Positions 1 to 9,625 of a DNA stretch of 64,000 nt are shown here, piece after piece; within the stretch, counting starts at the first letter, position 1, and the number at the start of each line of letters is the position of its first letter. The stretch is from an uncultured cyanobacterium (lineage in GTDB: Bacteria > Cyanobacteriota > Cyanobacteriia > Pseudanabaenales > Pseudanabaenaceae), in contig OY969811.1 in the NCBI GenBank assembly GCA_963703315.1, positions 1,856,001 through 1,920,000 on the forward strand, read 5' to 3'. A program made the translations under genes and the position numbers. The notes beneath the pieces are model-generated. The model ran no database searches, was not told the DNA's origin, and worked only from the letters and a program-made list of their open reading frames with translations.

Positions 1-129
1 AGTTTGATTAGATTGATCTTGAAGGGCAAAAGGGCGTGACTGAAATCTTGGTTGCACGGACTGAGTTACGGGCTGAGTTGCTGTAGATGAATTGGCATAT
101 TTTCGCATGACATAGGTTCTATTACTCAT
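1..129 (-). CDS. N-terminus of a gene running off the window (possibly DUF4157/eCIS-core-type protein)
   Basis: Manual translation from ATG at 129: MSNRTYVMRKYANSSTATQPVTQSVQPRFQSRPFALQDQSNQT, open to the edge; FQSRPF resembles cyanobacterial DUF4157 protein N-termini. Confidence 0.45.
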   Translation of the reverse strand, partial: MSNRTYVMRKYANSSTATQPVTQSVQPRFQSRPFALQDQSNQT

Positions 130-205
130 AGCCAGTACCTTCGTGCAAGATGATAGGTTAGTTAGAATAATATCATTGAACTTAGCTGATTTCAATTAAG
201 TATCC

Positions 206-331
206 TATAGCAAAGCAAAAGTTAGATAGTACAAATCAAAACCCAAGAAATGAGGTGCGGCGCAAAGCGCCGCACCTCATTTCTTGGGTTTTATACTAAA
301 GCCTGTGGCGTGCGCCACAGGCTTTAGTATA
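206..331. repeat. MITE/REP-like element ('tatagcaaagc' end) with two perfect hairpins
   Basis: 26-bp stem 238-292 with GC-AAA-GC apex, second stem 292-331; leader shared with copies at 21380, 25580, 29641. Confidence 0.8.
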
Positions 332-349
332 GGTTTAAGCTCAATTATC

Positions 350-2653
350 TTACGCAAATTGGCAAGTATCTTCATCGTCATTGCTATAGAAGATGGCACT
401 TGGTTGGGTGAAGTCAGTATCTTCGGAATTGCGTGACATACCCGCCGCAGGATGTTGCATCGATCGCATTTCAAGTTGGTCGTATAAAGTCTTAACTACT
501 TGAAGAATATAACTAGCTGACTGATCGTAGGCGGTTGGCTCATTTAGCGATCGCGCTACTTGCCAGATTGCATTCTCGGCTGTAGTTAAGGATGGATAGG
601 CATAAAATAGCTGTCGGAGTAGTCCATCTAGTCCATGATTGCGTAGGTCTTGCCAACTATCGCGATCGGGGTTAAACGGATAATAGAGCGTCGAAAATAG
701 TAAAATCTTAGCTCTCATAGAATTGGTAAACCGCATTAGTTCCAATCGCAAATCAAACAGATCCTCAGCAATTTTGGGGTCAAAGGGAAGTTTATTTTGG
801 CTTTGAGTAACTTGGCTCTGAGTATCTAAGGGATTTTCATTAGTAGTCGGCTTAATAGGTGAGGCGATCGCCTCCAAACTATCTGGATAAAGGCGTTCTA
901 ATTTACTAAGCAATAAGTTCCCAATTGCCAGATATTCCATCGGTTTAGAAACCCTTTGGACTGCTTCATTCACTAATGCCTGTAATTGTCCAAAAGTCGG
1001 CATAAAAGAGACTAATTCTTGTAATAGACCAGCCCAATTCACACTATTTAACTGGCGTAAATCGCTCTCCCAGACATCTTGATAGGTATAAAACAACAGC
1101 TTCTTGAGGCGCATTTGTTGAGCATCTGTATCAATGTCATGGGCAACCCAAGCGTAAATATCTGAGTCATCGTCAGCATAGGGGTTGATGAGTGATAACT
1201 CCTCTTCAGGAAAGCTAAGCTCTTCTGATGAGGATTCCTGACTGATCGCTTTATCTTCAATCGAATTAGTTAGCGAATTGTCTTTTATGGGTTCAAGCGG
1301 TGCAACAAGTTGTGCTGAACCAGCATTAATTACGAGATGACTAACTTGATAAGCAATCGGTGGGGGAGTGATAACTAATTGAGGAATAGGGGTGAATTGT
1401 GAAGGATTAACCGATTCTGCAACTTCCGAGATTGGTGCTTGTTGATAAAGTTTAGAAACTATATTAAAGACAGTTTTGGCAACAATTAAGTATTGGCGCT
1501 GTTTAGGTATAGCAATGGTTTTGACTGATTTGACTAAGTTCGCTTTTAGATCTTCAATGGTTGGATATTGTTGATATAAGTCTTGGAGCAATTCTATAAA
1601 ACTGAAGTTGTCTAAACGAGTCAGATCATTTTCCAAAATTCCCGTACAAACTAAACACACTAATTTCTTTGCTCTTACAGGATCTTCACTCATCTCAAAG
1701 TCATCTGAGATCTCTTCGATGAGACTTTCAATTGGACTTTTAGAAGTTGTGTCAGTATCAAGATTAGGGACTAAATCTTCAAGAAGAGATGGCGTAACGG
1801 CACTAAAAATTGTCTGGGCTTGCGATCGCAATAGTAAAGGTTGTAGTGCTTCTAATACTTCATTGGCAGATTGATAACGTTGACGGAAATCAAAGCGCAC
1901 CATTTTATCGACTATATCTGCTAATGTCGGTGTGACTTTAGCGCGATCGCGCCAGCAAAACTCACTGGTCATCGGATCTTCAGGAATCTGATTTGGCGAT
2001 AGCCCCGTTAATGCTTGCATCGCAATCATACCGATCGCATAGATGTCACTAGCAAACAAGGTTTTGCCACTATACTGCTCATTGGGCATATATCCTGGAG
2101 AGCCAATCACGAGACTAGAAGTATGTCCTAGCTGGCTAATGGGCTGTGTACTCACCTCTTTGACTGCCCCAAAATCAATTAGGACAATTTTGTGATCAAC
2201 TTCACGACGGATGAGGTTACTGGGCTTAATGTCACGATGGATTACCTGTTGACGATGCACGAAGTCAAGGGTTGGCAAAATATCAATCAGAAAGTCAATT
2301 GTGTACTGTTCACCTAAACAATGACCATTCTTGATTTCTTGGGTCAAAACATTGCCCGTAATTAATTCTTGTGCCAGAAAAAACTCTTCGTCTTCTTCAA
2401 AGTGGGCTAATAAACTGGGAATGCAGTCGTGCTTACCCAATCGATAAAGTACCTTTGCCTCTTTATCAAATAATTCTCGTGAGAGTCTTAAAATATCCGC
2501 TTGCGATGATGCAGGCTTGAGTTGCTTGATCACACAAGCAGGACGATCAGGCAAATACTGATCCTCGGCAATAAATGTTTGGCTAAAGCCGCCGCCACCA
2601 AGTTGTTTGACGATCTTATAGCGCCCAGTCAGGGTTTTACCGAGCATAATCAT
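350..2653 (-). CDS. Hanks-type Ser/Thr protein kinase with three C-terminal ~90-aa helical repeats
   Basis: LGGGGFS, VIKQL, HRDIKPSN, DFG, GSPGYMPNE motifs; start set at first ATG rather than TTG 2671. Confidence 0.92.
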   Translation of the reverse strand: MIMLGKTLTGRYKIVKQLGGGGFSQTFIAEDQYLPDRPACVIKQLKPASSQADILRLSRELFDKEAKVLYRLGKHDCIPSLLAHFEEDEEFFLAQELITGNVLTQEIKNGHCLGEQYTIDFLIDILPTLDFVHRQQVIHRDIKPSNLIRREVDHKIVLIDFGAVKEVSTQPISQLGHTSSLVIGSPGYMPNEQYSGKTLFASDIYAIGMIAMQALTGLSPNQIPEDPMTSEFCWRDRAKVTPTLADIVDKMVRFDFRQRYQSANEVLEALQPLLLRSQAQTIFSAVTPSLLEDLVPNLDTDTTSKSPIESLIEEISDDFEMSEDPVRAKKLVCLVCTGILENDLTRLDNFSFIELLQDLYQQYPTIEDLKANLVKSVKTIAIPKQRQYLIVAKTVFNIVSKLYQQAPISEVAESVNPSQFTPIPQLVITPPPIAYQVSHLVINAGSAQLVAPLEPIKDNSLTNSIEDKAISQESSSEELSFPEEELSLINPYADDDSDIYAWVAHDIDTDAQQMRLKKLLFYTYQDVWESDLRQLNSVNWAGLLQELVSFMPTFGQLQALVNEAVQRVSKPMEYLAIGNLLLSKLERLYPDSLEAIASPIKPTTNENPLDTQSQVTQSQNKLPFDPKIAEDLFDLRLELMRFTNSMRAKILLFSTLYYPFNPDRDSWQDLRNHGLDGLLRQLFYAYPSLTTAENAIWQVARSLNEPTAYDQSASYILQVVKTLYDQLEMRSMQHPAAGMSRNSEDTDFTQPSAIFYSNDDEDTCQFA

Positions 2654-2763
2654 TTCAGCCAGTACTAACAATTAGAAACCAAGATCGGTGGCGTAAAGCT
2701 TTAAGTATCTTAGTTTTTAATATTTTGACATTTGATTTACTTACTAGCAAGTTAATATTCACA

Positions 2764-2858
2764 AAGTGAGTTCGATATAGCCATTTGCGCGACGCAAATG
2801 GCTAATCAAATGGCGAAAAATTGCTTCGCCATTTCTTGCTTTCGTCGAACTGACGTTA
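2764..2858. repeat. MITE-like element with gtgagttcga...tcgaactgac ends and two small internal hairpins
   Basis: Imperfect terminal inverted repeats; internal tagccatttgcg/cgcaaatggcta and aaatggcgaa/ttcgccattt. Confidence 0.55.
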
Positions 2859-2874
2859 AAAAGAATGACTACGG

Positions 2875-3660
2875 CTATAGGGTTGCTATACCTTCGCGAT
2901 CGCGTTCTAAGAACTGTTTGCCACAATCCTTGCAGAGATAGCGTTGCTTGTTGTGCCGATGACCATTTTTAGATAAATTGGATGAATGACAGTGCGGGCA
3001 TTTCATTACTTTCATTACTTTTCCTCCTGTTGATTCTAGATGAGGCGTGAGGTAGGCAACCACTAACGCTTTAAGTTCCTCATAGCGGGCTTGTCGCTTG
3101 CTTTCTTCGCCTCTCAAGGCTTGCAGTAGCAGAGCGTTGTAACAATGGTTCACAGTCTCCGCAAGCCGCTCACTTTTTTCCGTCGCCAGTTCTGGATTCC
3201 ACCGTTGTAAAAGAGCGCCATACTGCTGAATCAACTGTTGATTAAAGTTTTCATTAAAAAGTAAAAATATCTGGGGTGCTACAAAATACTGAAGATAGAC
3301 GACACGGGGCATCGGGTCTTGAAAATAAGTAACATGAGCCTCGACCATCCGATCCATAAATTCAGAAAAGGGACGTTGCGGATCAGCAGATTGCAAAAGC
3401 GCCCCATTAATTTTCATGACGCGCTCCATGTGACGCGCTTCTAGGGAATGAAATATAGCTAGCTTATCGGGAAAAAACTGGTACAGGGAACCGATCGCTG
3501 TCCCCGATCTTGCGGCAATCATATGCGTTGTGGCGGCTTCGTAGCCAACATCATCAAATACCTCTGCGGCGGCTTTTAAGATTTGCTCAACCCTTTGCTG
3601 GCTGCGTTTTTGTTGTGGTTTGCGGCGGAGTTGTGTTTTGAGTTGCGGTGATTCGGTCAT
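2875..3660 (-). CDS. TetR/AcrR regulator with C-terminal IS1 InsA-like zinc ribbon
   Basis: N-terminal TetR HTH (ILKAAAEVF...GSLYQFFPDK); C-terminal CPHC...KNG...QRYLCKDC. Confidence 0.88.
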   Translation of the reverse strand: MTESPQLKTQLRRKPQQKRSQQRVEQILKAAAEVFDDVGYEAATTHMIAARSGTAIGSLYQFFPDKLAIFHSLEARHMERVMKINGALLQSADPQRPFSEFMDRMVEAHVTYFQDPMPRVVYLQYFVAPQIFLLFNENFNQQLIQQYGALLQRWNPELATEKSERLAETVNHCYNALLLQALRGEESKRQARYEELKALVVAYLTPHLESTGGKVMKVMKCPHCHSSNLSKNGHRHNKQRYLCKDCGKQFLERDREGIATL

Positions 3661-3693
3661 AGGTTGCTAAAAAAATATCCTCGAAATAGATGC

Positions 3694-3756
3694 TTGACAA
3701 ACATGAAAAAACTGTCGTATTTTAAATATCAAACATGAATAATTAATCACATTTTA
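3694..3756 (+). promoter_or_regulatory. Divergent promoter with two putative TetR operator copies
   Basis: TTGACA at 3694; two copies of caaacatgaa-N-tc..atttt between divergent tetR and Rieske genes. Confidence 0.5.
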
Positions 3757-3760
3757 ACCT

Positions 3761-4708
3761 ATGTCACCGATCTTGCTTGGCGCACCTTGGTTGATTGCCC
3801 ATCGCTCAATGTTGGGAATTGACAAGCCCTACAAAGTTTCTCTGAATGGTCAGGATTATGTTCTCTGGCAAAATCAGCAGGGAGAAGTATTTGCTCTTAA
3901 TAACGTCTGTCCTCATATGCAGGCTCCGTTATCAAATGGTTGGATTTGCGAACAGCGAATTGTCTGTCCATTTCATGCCTTGGCATTTGACGGTCAGGGA
4001 CGGCTATATCAATCTGGGAAAGAATCGGCTCAGCCGCTCGCAACTCCTTTAAAGCTAGAGGTCAAAGGCGACTGTATTTGGACTTACGGAAATATGGAAG
4101 CCAAAATTCCTGTGCCTGACTTAATCGAAAAGTTGAGCGATCGCATGACTTTTCTAGGGGCTGCGGGAGAATCAAGTATTCAAGGCGAGTTTTTGCATAA
4201 TCTGCTGATTAACTACGATTACAACCATCAGAATGGCACTCATCGCGAGTTATTTGGTATTAAAGCAAATCGCATTCCTGTGTTTGAGCAGAATGGCTAT
4301 TGGGCTAAGGTTGTCCAAGAACTCGATCGCGCCGATGTTACCTTTGATGATATTCGCCGCAATCCCGCAATTCTACTGGCTCCCAAAACCTACACAGGGA
4401 TCTTGGAGTATGCTTTTCCTTCTCTAACTACCTTTAGAACTGAGTTTCCTTGGGGTGAGCTTTTGCAAGTACACGTTCTTTATCCTGAAACTGCGACCCA
4501 GACCAAAACCTTTGTGCTGGTCTATGTGAGATTCAAGAGAAAGATATATCAGCCGCTTTTGCATCAATCAATCTTGAGTGCCGTGGCGACAATTGTGGAA
4601 CAGGATTCAAATGCGATCGCCACTTCCTATCCGCGCCAGACTGCGAAGATTCGCTTACCCAACGAAGAAATTATGGCTCACGCTAGAAAACTCTATCAGG
4701 AATGGTAA
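3761..4708 (+). CDS. Rieske 2Fe-2S oxygenase-family protein
   Basis: CPHMQAPL...CPFH Rieske motif; DYNHQNGTH and EQD mononuclear-iron-like motifs. Confidence 0.88.
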   Translation: MSPILLGAPWLIAHRSMLGIDKPYKVSLNGQDYVLWQNQQGEVFALNNVCPHMQAPLSNGWICEQRIVCPFHALAFDGQGRLYQSGKESAQPLATPLKLEVKGDCIWTYGNMEAKIPVPDLIEKLSDRMTFLGAAGESSIQGEFLHNLLINYDYNHQNGTHRELFGIKANRIPVFEQNGYWAKVVQELDRADVTFDDIRRNPAILLAPKTYTGILEYAFPSLTTFRTEFPWGELLQVHVLYPETATQTKTFVLVYVRFKRKIYQPLLHQSILSAVATIVEQDSNAIATSYPRQTAKIRLPNEEIMAHARKLYQEW

Positions 4709-5130
4709 GGGAATAATGCGGCGATGGTAGCTCTTAAAACCATGAACCAGAGCGCCCCCGCCGAAATCACATACAGGATAAATCTCAGGGGAATGAAGTT
4801 AAAGGAGCAATGTACAGCGCTGTGCATTGCTCGGAACAGGAAGAACCCCCAAGCCGCGACCACATACCCTGAGTCCACCTGACTTGTCTCATAGAGATAT
4901 AAGGAGATCGCATAAAAGACTATGGGTAGCTCAAACAGATTCTTCAAGTTGTCAGATGGATTCGATACTTGGAGTGGTGATACTCGTGCTAACTCTGGGG
5001 GTGTCATCAGTTTCGCATCGAGTCCATTTGAGAAGATGAACGAAAGGCGACGAGCGTACATATAGACCCACACCACCATGGTCAGAATCATGGTCGCAAT
5101 GAACGGTTGAAAGATAGCAGTCTGATTCAT
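4696..5130 (-). CDS. MAPEG family membrane protein
   Basis: NLKNLFELPIVFY and FRAMHSAVH motifs, 3-4 TM segments. Confidence 0.85.
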   Translation of the reverse strand: MNQTAIFQPFIATMILTMVVWVYMYARRLSFIFSNGLDAKLMTPPELARVSPLQVSNPSDNLKNLFELPIVFYAISLYLYETSQVDSGYVVAAWGFFLFRAMHSAVHCSFNFIPLRFILYVISAGALWFMVLRATIAALFPYHS

Positions 5131-5136
5131 ACTCTT

Positions 5137-5640
5137 CTATTCCAGATTGTTGTCAAGGCATACTAGCAATCGTCGCAGCATCGCTATGAAAGTTTCTTTT
5201 TCATCAGCATTAGCAAACTGACTGAGTAAATCATGTTCACTTTTCAATAATTTTGGAATTACGACATCAGCCAATTTAACCCCTTTAGAGGTCAATTGTA
5301 CGATCACACTGCGGCGATCGCTAGGATCTCGCAGGCGCGTGACAATGCCATCCTGTTCTAAGCGATCGATGCGGTTAGTCGTTGCCCCTGACGAGAGCAT
5401 GAGCAAACTATATAGATCTGTCGGCTTGAGTTGATAGGGCTTTCCCTGCCGCCGTAGTGTTGTGACCACATCAAACGACCAGACACTCAACCCATATTCC
5501 GCCAGAACCATTTCGCGATGTTTTTCGAGCAGACGGGCAATCCTTAGCACTCGCCCAACTATGCCCAGTGGAGAAGTGTCTAATTGCGGTGATTCCTGCC
5601 GCCATTGCTCAAAAATGTAGTCGATTTTGTCTTGTTCCAT
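5137..5640 (-). CDS. MarR family regulator, PecS/TamR (UrtR)-like
   Basis: N-terminal D...QW..E.P.LD helix, FDVVTTLRR, TNRIDRLE, DPSDRRS. Confidence 0.88.
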   Translation of the reverse strand: MEQDKIDYIFEQWRQESPQLDTSPLGIVGRVLRIARLLEKHREMVLAEYGLSVWSFDVVTTLRRQGKPYQLKPTDLYSLLMLSSGATTNRIDRLEQDGIVTRLRDPSDRRSVIVQLTSKGVKLADVVIPKLLKSEHDLLSQFANADEKETFIAMLRRLLVCLDNNLE

Positions 5641-5651
5641 AGGCGTAATTA

Positions 5652-5711
5652 TATCTTGATGTCGAGATAGTTGACAATTATCTTGACATCATTTATCTTG
5701 ATATAAAGACA
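5652..5711. promoter_or_regulatory. Three MarR operator-like 18-bp imperfect palindromes
   Basis: tatcttgatgtcgagata (5652-5669), tatcttgacatcatttat (5679-5696), tatcttgatataaagaca (5694-5711), overlapping TTGACA hexamers. Confidence 0.7.
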
Positions 5712-5830
5712 AATGATGTCGAAAGTTATTTTTAGTTGTTAGCGATCGCAAGTCGATCCTTAATCCATCACTCAGTTTTTAGAACAAGGCTTCTATCTAT
5801 TCCCAATCCCTCATTCACCCTTGTTTTGCC

Positions 5831-6322
5831 ATGACATCTCTTCCTTTGAAACACATACAGTCGATCGCATCGCGATATCAAATCTATTTATATTTACTAC
5901 TTGCACTCTTGAGTGGGGTACTTCTGCCCATTCAAGCTAGTTGTAATGCCCAATTAGCCCGATCTCTAAATTCTGTTCCCTTAGCGGCGGATATTTCCTA
6001 TATTGTCGGCACATTGGTTTTAGTGGTACTAATCGCGACGCAAAAATTCGGTCATCCTGATTGGTCAGCGATCGCCAAAGCCCCAAAATGGAGTCTGATC
6101 GGTGGTGTGCTAGGGACTTGGTATATCTGTTCGAGTACTTACTTCACTTCAGTTTTAGGTACTACTCTGACCTTGGGATTGGTGGTCGGCGGACAGTCCC
6201 TCGCAGGTATTATCGTCGATCATTATGGTTGGTTAGACTTGCCCAAACATCGACTCACGCGCAACCGTCGCTTTGCGATCGGTTTATTAATCGTCGCTAT
6301 CTTCTTTCTCGCACAATCTTAA
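5831..6322 (+). CDS. DMT family (DUF606/YdcZ-like) membrane protein
   Basis: PIQASCNAQL, PKWSLIGGVLG, GQ...IVDHYGW. Confidence 0.88.
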   Translation: MTSLPLKHIQSIASRYQIYLYLLLALLSGVLLPIQASCNAQLARSLNSVPLAADISYIVGTLVLVVLIATQKFGHPDWSAIAKAPKWSLIGGVLGTWYICSSTYFTSVLGTTLTLGLVVGGQSLAGIIVDHYGWLDLPKHRLTRNRRFAIGLLIVAIFFLAQS

Positions 6323-6325
6323 TAG

Positions 6326-6360
6326 ATAGAAATAACAGCGCGAAGCGCTGTTATTTCTAT
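6326..6360. repeat. REP-like hairpin with GCGAAGC apex
   Basis: atagaaataacagcgc-gaa-gcgctgttatttctat, perfect 16-bp stem. Confidence 0.75.
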
Positions 6361-6389
6361 CTTCAAAAAAAATGATTTAGGTAAATATT

Positions 6390-6860
6390 ATGGATATGCT
6401 CATTGCTTTGATTGGTGCGAGTTCGGGCGGTAGCTTTTTAGCGATCGGTGCAGCCGCAAATACGCGATTGCGAAAGACTTTGCAATCTTCGATTGGAGCA
6501 GCAGCAATTAATTTTGTAGTGGGTTCGCTGACTCTGACTCTCCTAATTCTATTGGGAGTTTTTGGTTCTCAAAATCTGGATCGACTACCTCAAGTTCCTT
6601 GGTGGGCATTTTTAAGCGGATTACTTGGTGCTGCCTATGTGACCTTAAATACGATTATCATTCCCAAATTGGGACTAACGACAACGGCTCTAGCTGTGGT
6701 ATGTAGCCAGATGACTGGTTCTCTGTTGATCGATCAATGGGGCTGGTTTGGAGTAACACCGCATCCGATTAGTCCTGCGAGAATTGTGGCAATTGTATTG
6801 TTATTAATTGCCGTAGCACTGACTCAATTTGATCGAGATGATCGCAGACATACCCTATGA
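6390..6860 (+). CDS. DMT family (DUF606/YdcZ-like) membrane protein
   Basis: PWWAFLSGLLGA, Q...LLIDQWGWFG; paralogous to 5831-6322. Confidence 0.88.
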   Translation: MDMLIALIGASSGGSFLAIGAAANTRLRKTLQSSIGAAAINFVVGSLTLTLLILLGVFGSQNLDRLPQVPWWAFLSGLLGAAYVTLNTIIIPKLGLTTTALAVVCSQMTGSLLIDQWGWFGVTPHPISPARIVAIVLLLIAVALTQFDRDDRRHTL

Positions 6861-8044
6861 TTTCTCCTAAAATCTCACCACCTCTTTGGATAGGCATAGC
6901 AATTTCCTTTTATGCCTTCATTGCCATTGGCATTGCCGAAGCGGGTTTAGGAGTATTACTTCCTTCTATTTTACGGGAATACAATCTTAATCCAGCAACA
7001 ATCACACTTCTATTTGTCAGTCAGATTAGTGGCTATATTCTTGCCGCCTTGACCAGTAGTGTAGTTAATAGCCGTCTGGGATTAGGAAAAATGCTTTTCT
7101 CTGCTGCCAGTATGCTGACAATGGCGCTAGGCATCTATGCTCTATCTCCCACTTGGTTGCTGATGGTGGCGGCAGGAACCCTTTTCGGCTTAGGAATTGG
7201 ACTGATTGATGCGGGTATTAATACCGCGATCGCACAAGATGATCACAGCACCCATTTAATTGGCTTGCTCCATGGATTCTATGGTATTGGCGCACTCTCA
7301 GGTGCGGCGATCGCGACGACTTTATTAGCGATCGACATGAACTGGCGACAGGTCTATGGAGTATTGGCAGGAATCGTCAGTTTATTGATGGTGAGTGTAT
7401 TCGCAGCAATTATTTATCGCTATCCATCTCTGACCAAAAGCCAAGCTGCATCCCATGCTCCCGCTTGGCAAAATCTAGGGCGATCGCTACAAACTCCCTT
7501 AGTTTGGCTCACAGGATTAATGCTGCTTATCTATGTCGGTTTAGAAGCATCAATTAGCAACTGGGCTTACATTGTCCAAGTTAGCGATCGCCAAATTCCT
7601 GCATTAGTTGCAGGGTATAGCATTAGTGCTTACTGGTTAGGCTTAACCATCGGTCGGTTTATACTCGGATATTTCTTGCGATCGCTAGGAGCCATAAAAA
7701 CGATTAGTATGTCCCTCATTCTGCTGATGATCGGGCTGTTAGCTTGGTGGCAACTACCTGAGCAGTGGATTAGTCTGCCGATGATCGGATTTGCCCTTGC
7801 GCCGATCTTTCCTGCTACCATCTGGCTAATTCCCAAACAGTTACCCGCCAGTCTAGTTCCTGCCGCCGTCAGCTTTGCAACCAGTGCTGCGAGTGTCGGT
7901 GCAGCAATGATTCCCTCTGGGGTGGGTTGGATTGCCAGTTGGTCGGGCTTAGGGATTATTCCTGTGTTGATGCTACCATTAGCGATCGCGATGATAGTTT
8001 TACATTGTGCAAATTCGCTCTATAAGAATATTCTCAAAACTTAA
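6857..8044 (+). CDS. MFS transporter
   Basis: About 12 TM segments; GLIDAGIN, LHGFYGIGA, YVGLE, GRF motifs; ATGA overlap with upstream gene. Confidence 0.9.
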   Translation: MISPKISPPLWIGIAISFYAFIAIGIAEAGLGVLLPSILREYNLNPATITLLFVSQISGYILAALTSSVVNSRLGLGKMLFSAASMLTMALGIYALSPTWLLMVAAGTLFGLGIGLIDAGINTAIAQDDHSTHLIGLLHGFYGIGALSGAAIATTLLAIDMNWRQVYGVLAGIVSLLMVSVFAAIIYRYPSLTKSQAASHAPAWQNLGRSLQTPLVWLTGLMLLIYVGLEASISNWAYIVQVSDRQIPALVAGYSISAYWLGLTIGRFILGYFLRSLGAIKTISMSLILLMIGLLAWWQLPEQWISLPMIGFALAPIFPATIWLIPKQLPASLVPAAVSFATSAASVGAAMIPSGVGWIASWSGLGIIPVLMLPLAIAMIVLHCANSLYKNILKT

Positions 8045-8294
8045 TAGCTATCTCTTTTATTCCCATAGTCAATTTAGGGGTAACACTATAAAGATATTGA
8101 ATTTCCTTATTAGTTGCCACTGCTTGGGGAGGCAAAGCCGATGGAGCAGGTGTTAAATTGATGATCCAGACTGATATAGAGCCGATGAGCATGGGAAGAA
8201 AGCCTAATAACAGCAATCGTGGCGATCGCTCATGGACAGATGCAGAAGTCGGAGTTAGAGGCGACGATCGCATCCTCTGGAACTGAGGCGACAT
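8034..8294 (-). CDS. Small hypothetical membrane protein
   Basis: 86-aa ORF with one hydrophobic stretch downstream of the GNAT gene; no recognisable family. Confidence 0.35.
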   Translation of the reverse strand: MSPQFQRMRSSPLTPTSASVHERSPRLLLLGFLPMLIGSISVWIINLTPAPSALPPQAVATNKEIQYLYSVTPKLTMGIKEIAIKF

Positions 8295-8345
8295 TGGACA
8301 ATTGCGCCAACAAAAAGGTGTATGACATTTTCCGCACTTCTAAGA

Positions 8346-9032
8346 TTAAGCCTGTGGCGATCGCATCATCATCCATAGGGGCGGTGCATCATTGGAAACT
8401 CGCAATTCATCGCGCACCACAAATCCATGTCGTTGATAGAATTTTACAGCGCGATCGGTGGAAGTAAAGAGATAGCAAATTTCACCTTGGCGATCGGCTT
8501 GTTGTAGAACGGGTTGTAATAGCAAGCTGCCAATTCCTTTGCCTTGCTTACTGGGGGATACGGCTAAACTATCTAGATACCAGTGCGGTGTTGGACAGTC
8601 ACGCAGGCGATAGGCTTCCGTTTTCGCAAATGCAGCGAGGAGTCGGCTCGTACAGATCCAGCCACTTTTTAGAAATATCTGCAAAATCAATGGAAGTGAC
8701 TGTAAAAATGACAGTGACTTTGCGTTAGGGGGCAACCAACTCGCAATTCCTGATACTTGCGGTTGACCGAACGAATCCGCAGTATCGCCATACTCTTGAT
8801 AGCTACAATAGATATGTCCTAAAGGGAAGTTATGACGTATCGTTCTGCTCAAATTATTTTCGAGGATTTCTAGGCGATCGCGCTCATTGGGTATGTGATA
8901 GCAGGTTAGGGGATCGCCCAAGAATGTGTCAGCCATCATTTTGGCAGCAATAGGGATTTGCGATTGTTGCAGCAAAATAATTTGCGGTTCTTCGGTTCTA
9001 ATAGTTTGATCGAAATTGTGAATATTCATCAA
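8346..9032 (-). CDS. GNAT family N-acetyltransferase
   Basis: HWYLDSLAVSPSKQGKGIGSLLL and AVKFYQRHGF. Confidence 0.9.
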   Translation of the reverse strand: MMNIHNFDQTIRTEEPQIILLQQSQIPIAAKMMADTFLGDPLTCYHIPNERDRLEILENNLSRTIRHNFPLGHIYCSYQEYGDTADSFGQPQVSGIASWLPPNAKSLSFLQSLPLILQIFLKSGWICTSRLLAAFAKTEAYRLRDCPTPHWYLDSLAVSPSKQGKGIGSLLLQPVLQQADRQGEICYLFTSTDRAVKFYQRHGFVVRDELRVSNDAPPLWMMMRSPQA

Positions 9033-9166
9033 TGGAATTCCTGATCGTGTTAATTTTTGGACGAAATCTGAATCTTGCCTTGAACTTGTAAATTTGTGAA
9101 AGCAGTAACGCGGCGGCTATCCTCTGGACTCAAAAGCACTTTAACTTCAATCACGCGGCGATATTA

Positions 9167-9571
9167 TCAATAGTGGTAAATAGGTTGAGAACGACGGGGA
9201 TAGCGAGAATATCGATCGCCGTATCGATCTCCATATCGATCAGAACTTCTACAGAGCCTACGGGTTTGGCTTTCTTCTACCCATCCTGTGGCATACTTAG
9301 AGCCAAACCTACGTGTAGGTGCAGAGACTTCTAACCAGTTTCCATCTCGTCTAATTACATCTAAATTTGTGCCATTGGGATAGTCAACGATAAAGTTAAA
9401 AAAATTGTAGTTTGGATTGGCACGGATCTGAACATTGCCGCCTGCTCCTTGGGCAATAGTTTCACAGCGCCTTGCTTCGGCTTGATTACCAAAAAGTAAT
9501 AGGGAAGAGGCGATCGCCATACCTAGCAAACCAGTCTTTGGAAGAGCGTTGAGTAAAAATGAAGTGAGCAT
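9167..9571 (-). CDS. Secreted bacterial SH3-domain protein
   Basis: AGGAGG before ATG 9571; signal peptide ending AEA; NVQIRANP...WLEV...GWV; DRYG repeats. Confidence 0.75.
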   Translation of the reverse strand: MLTSFLLNALPKTGLLGMAIASSLLLFGNQAEARRCETIAQGAGGNVQIRANPNYNFFNFIVDYPNGTNLDVIRRDGNWLEVSAPTRRFGSKYATGWVEESQTRRLCRSSDRYGDRYGDRYSRYPRRSQPIYHY

Positions 9572-9625
9572 TGTTAAACCTCCTGAAATATCTTTAAATG
9601 CTTGCAAGTAGTGAATGAACAGAAA

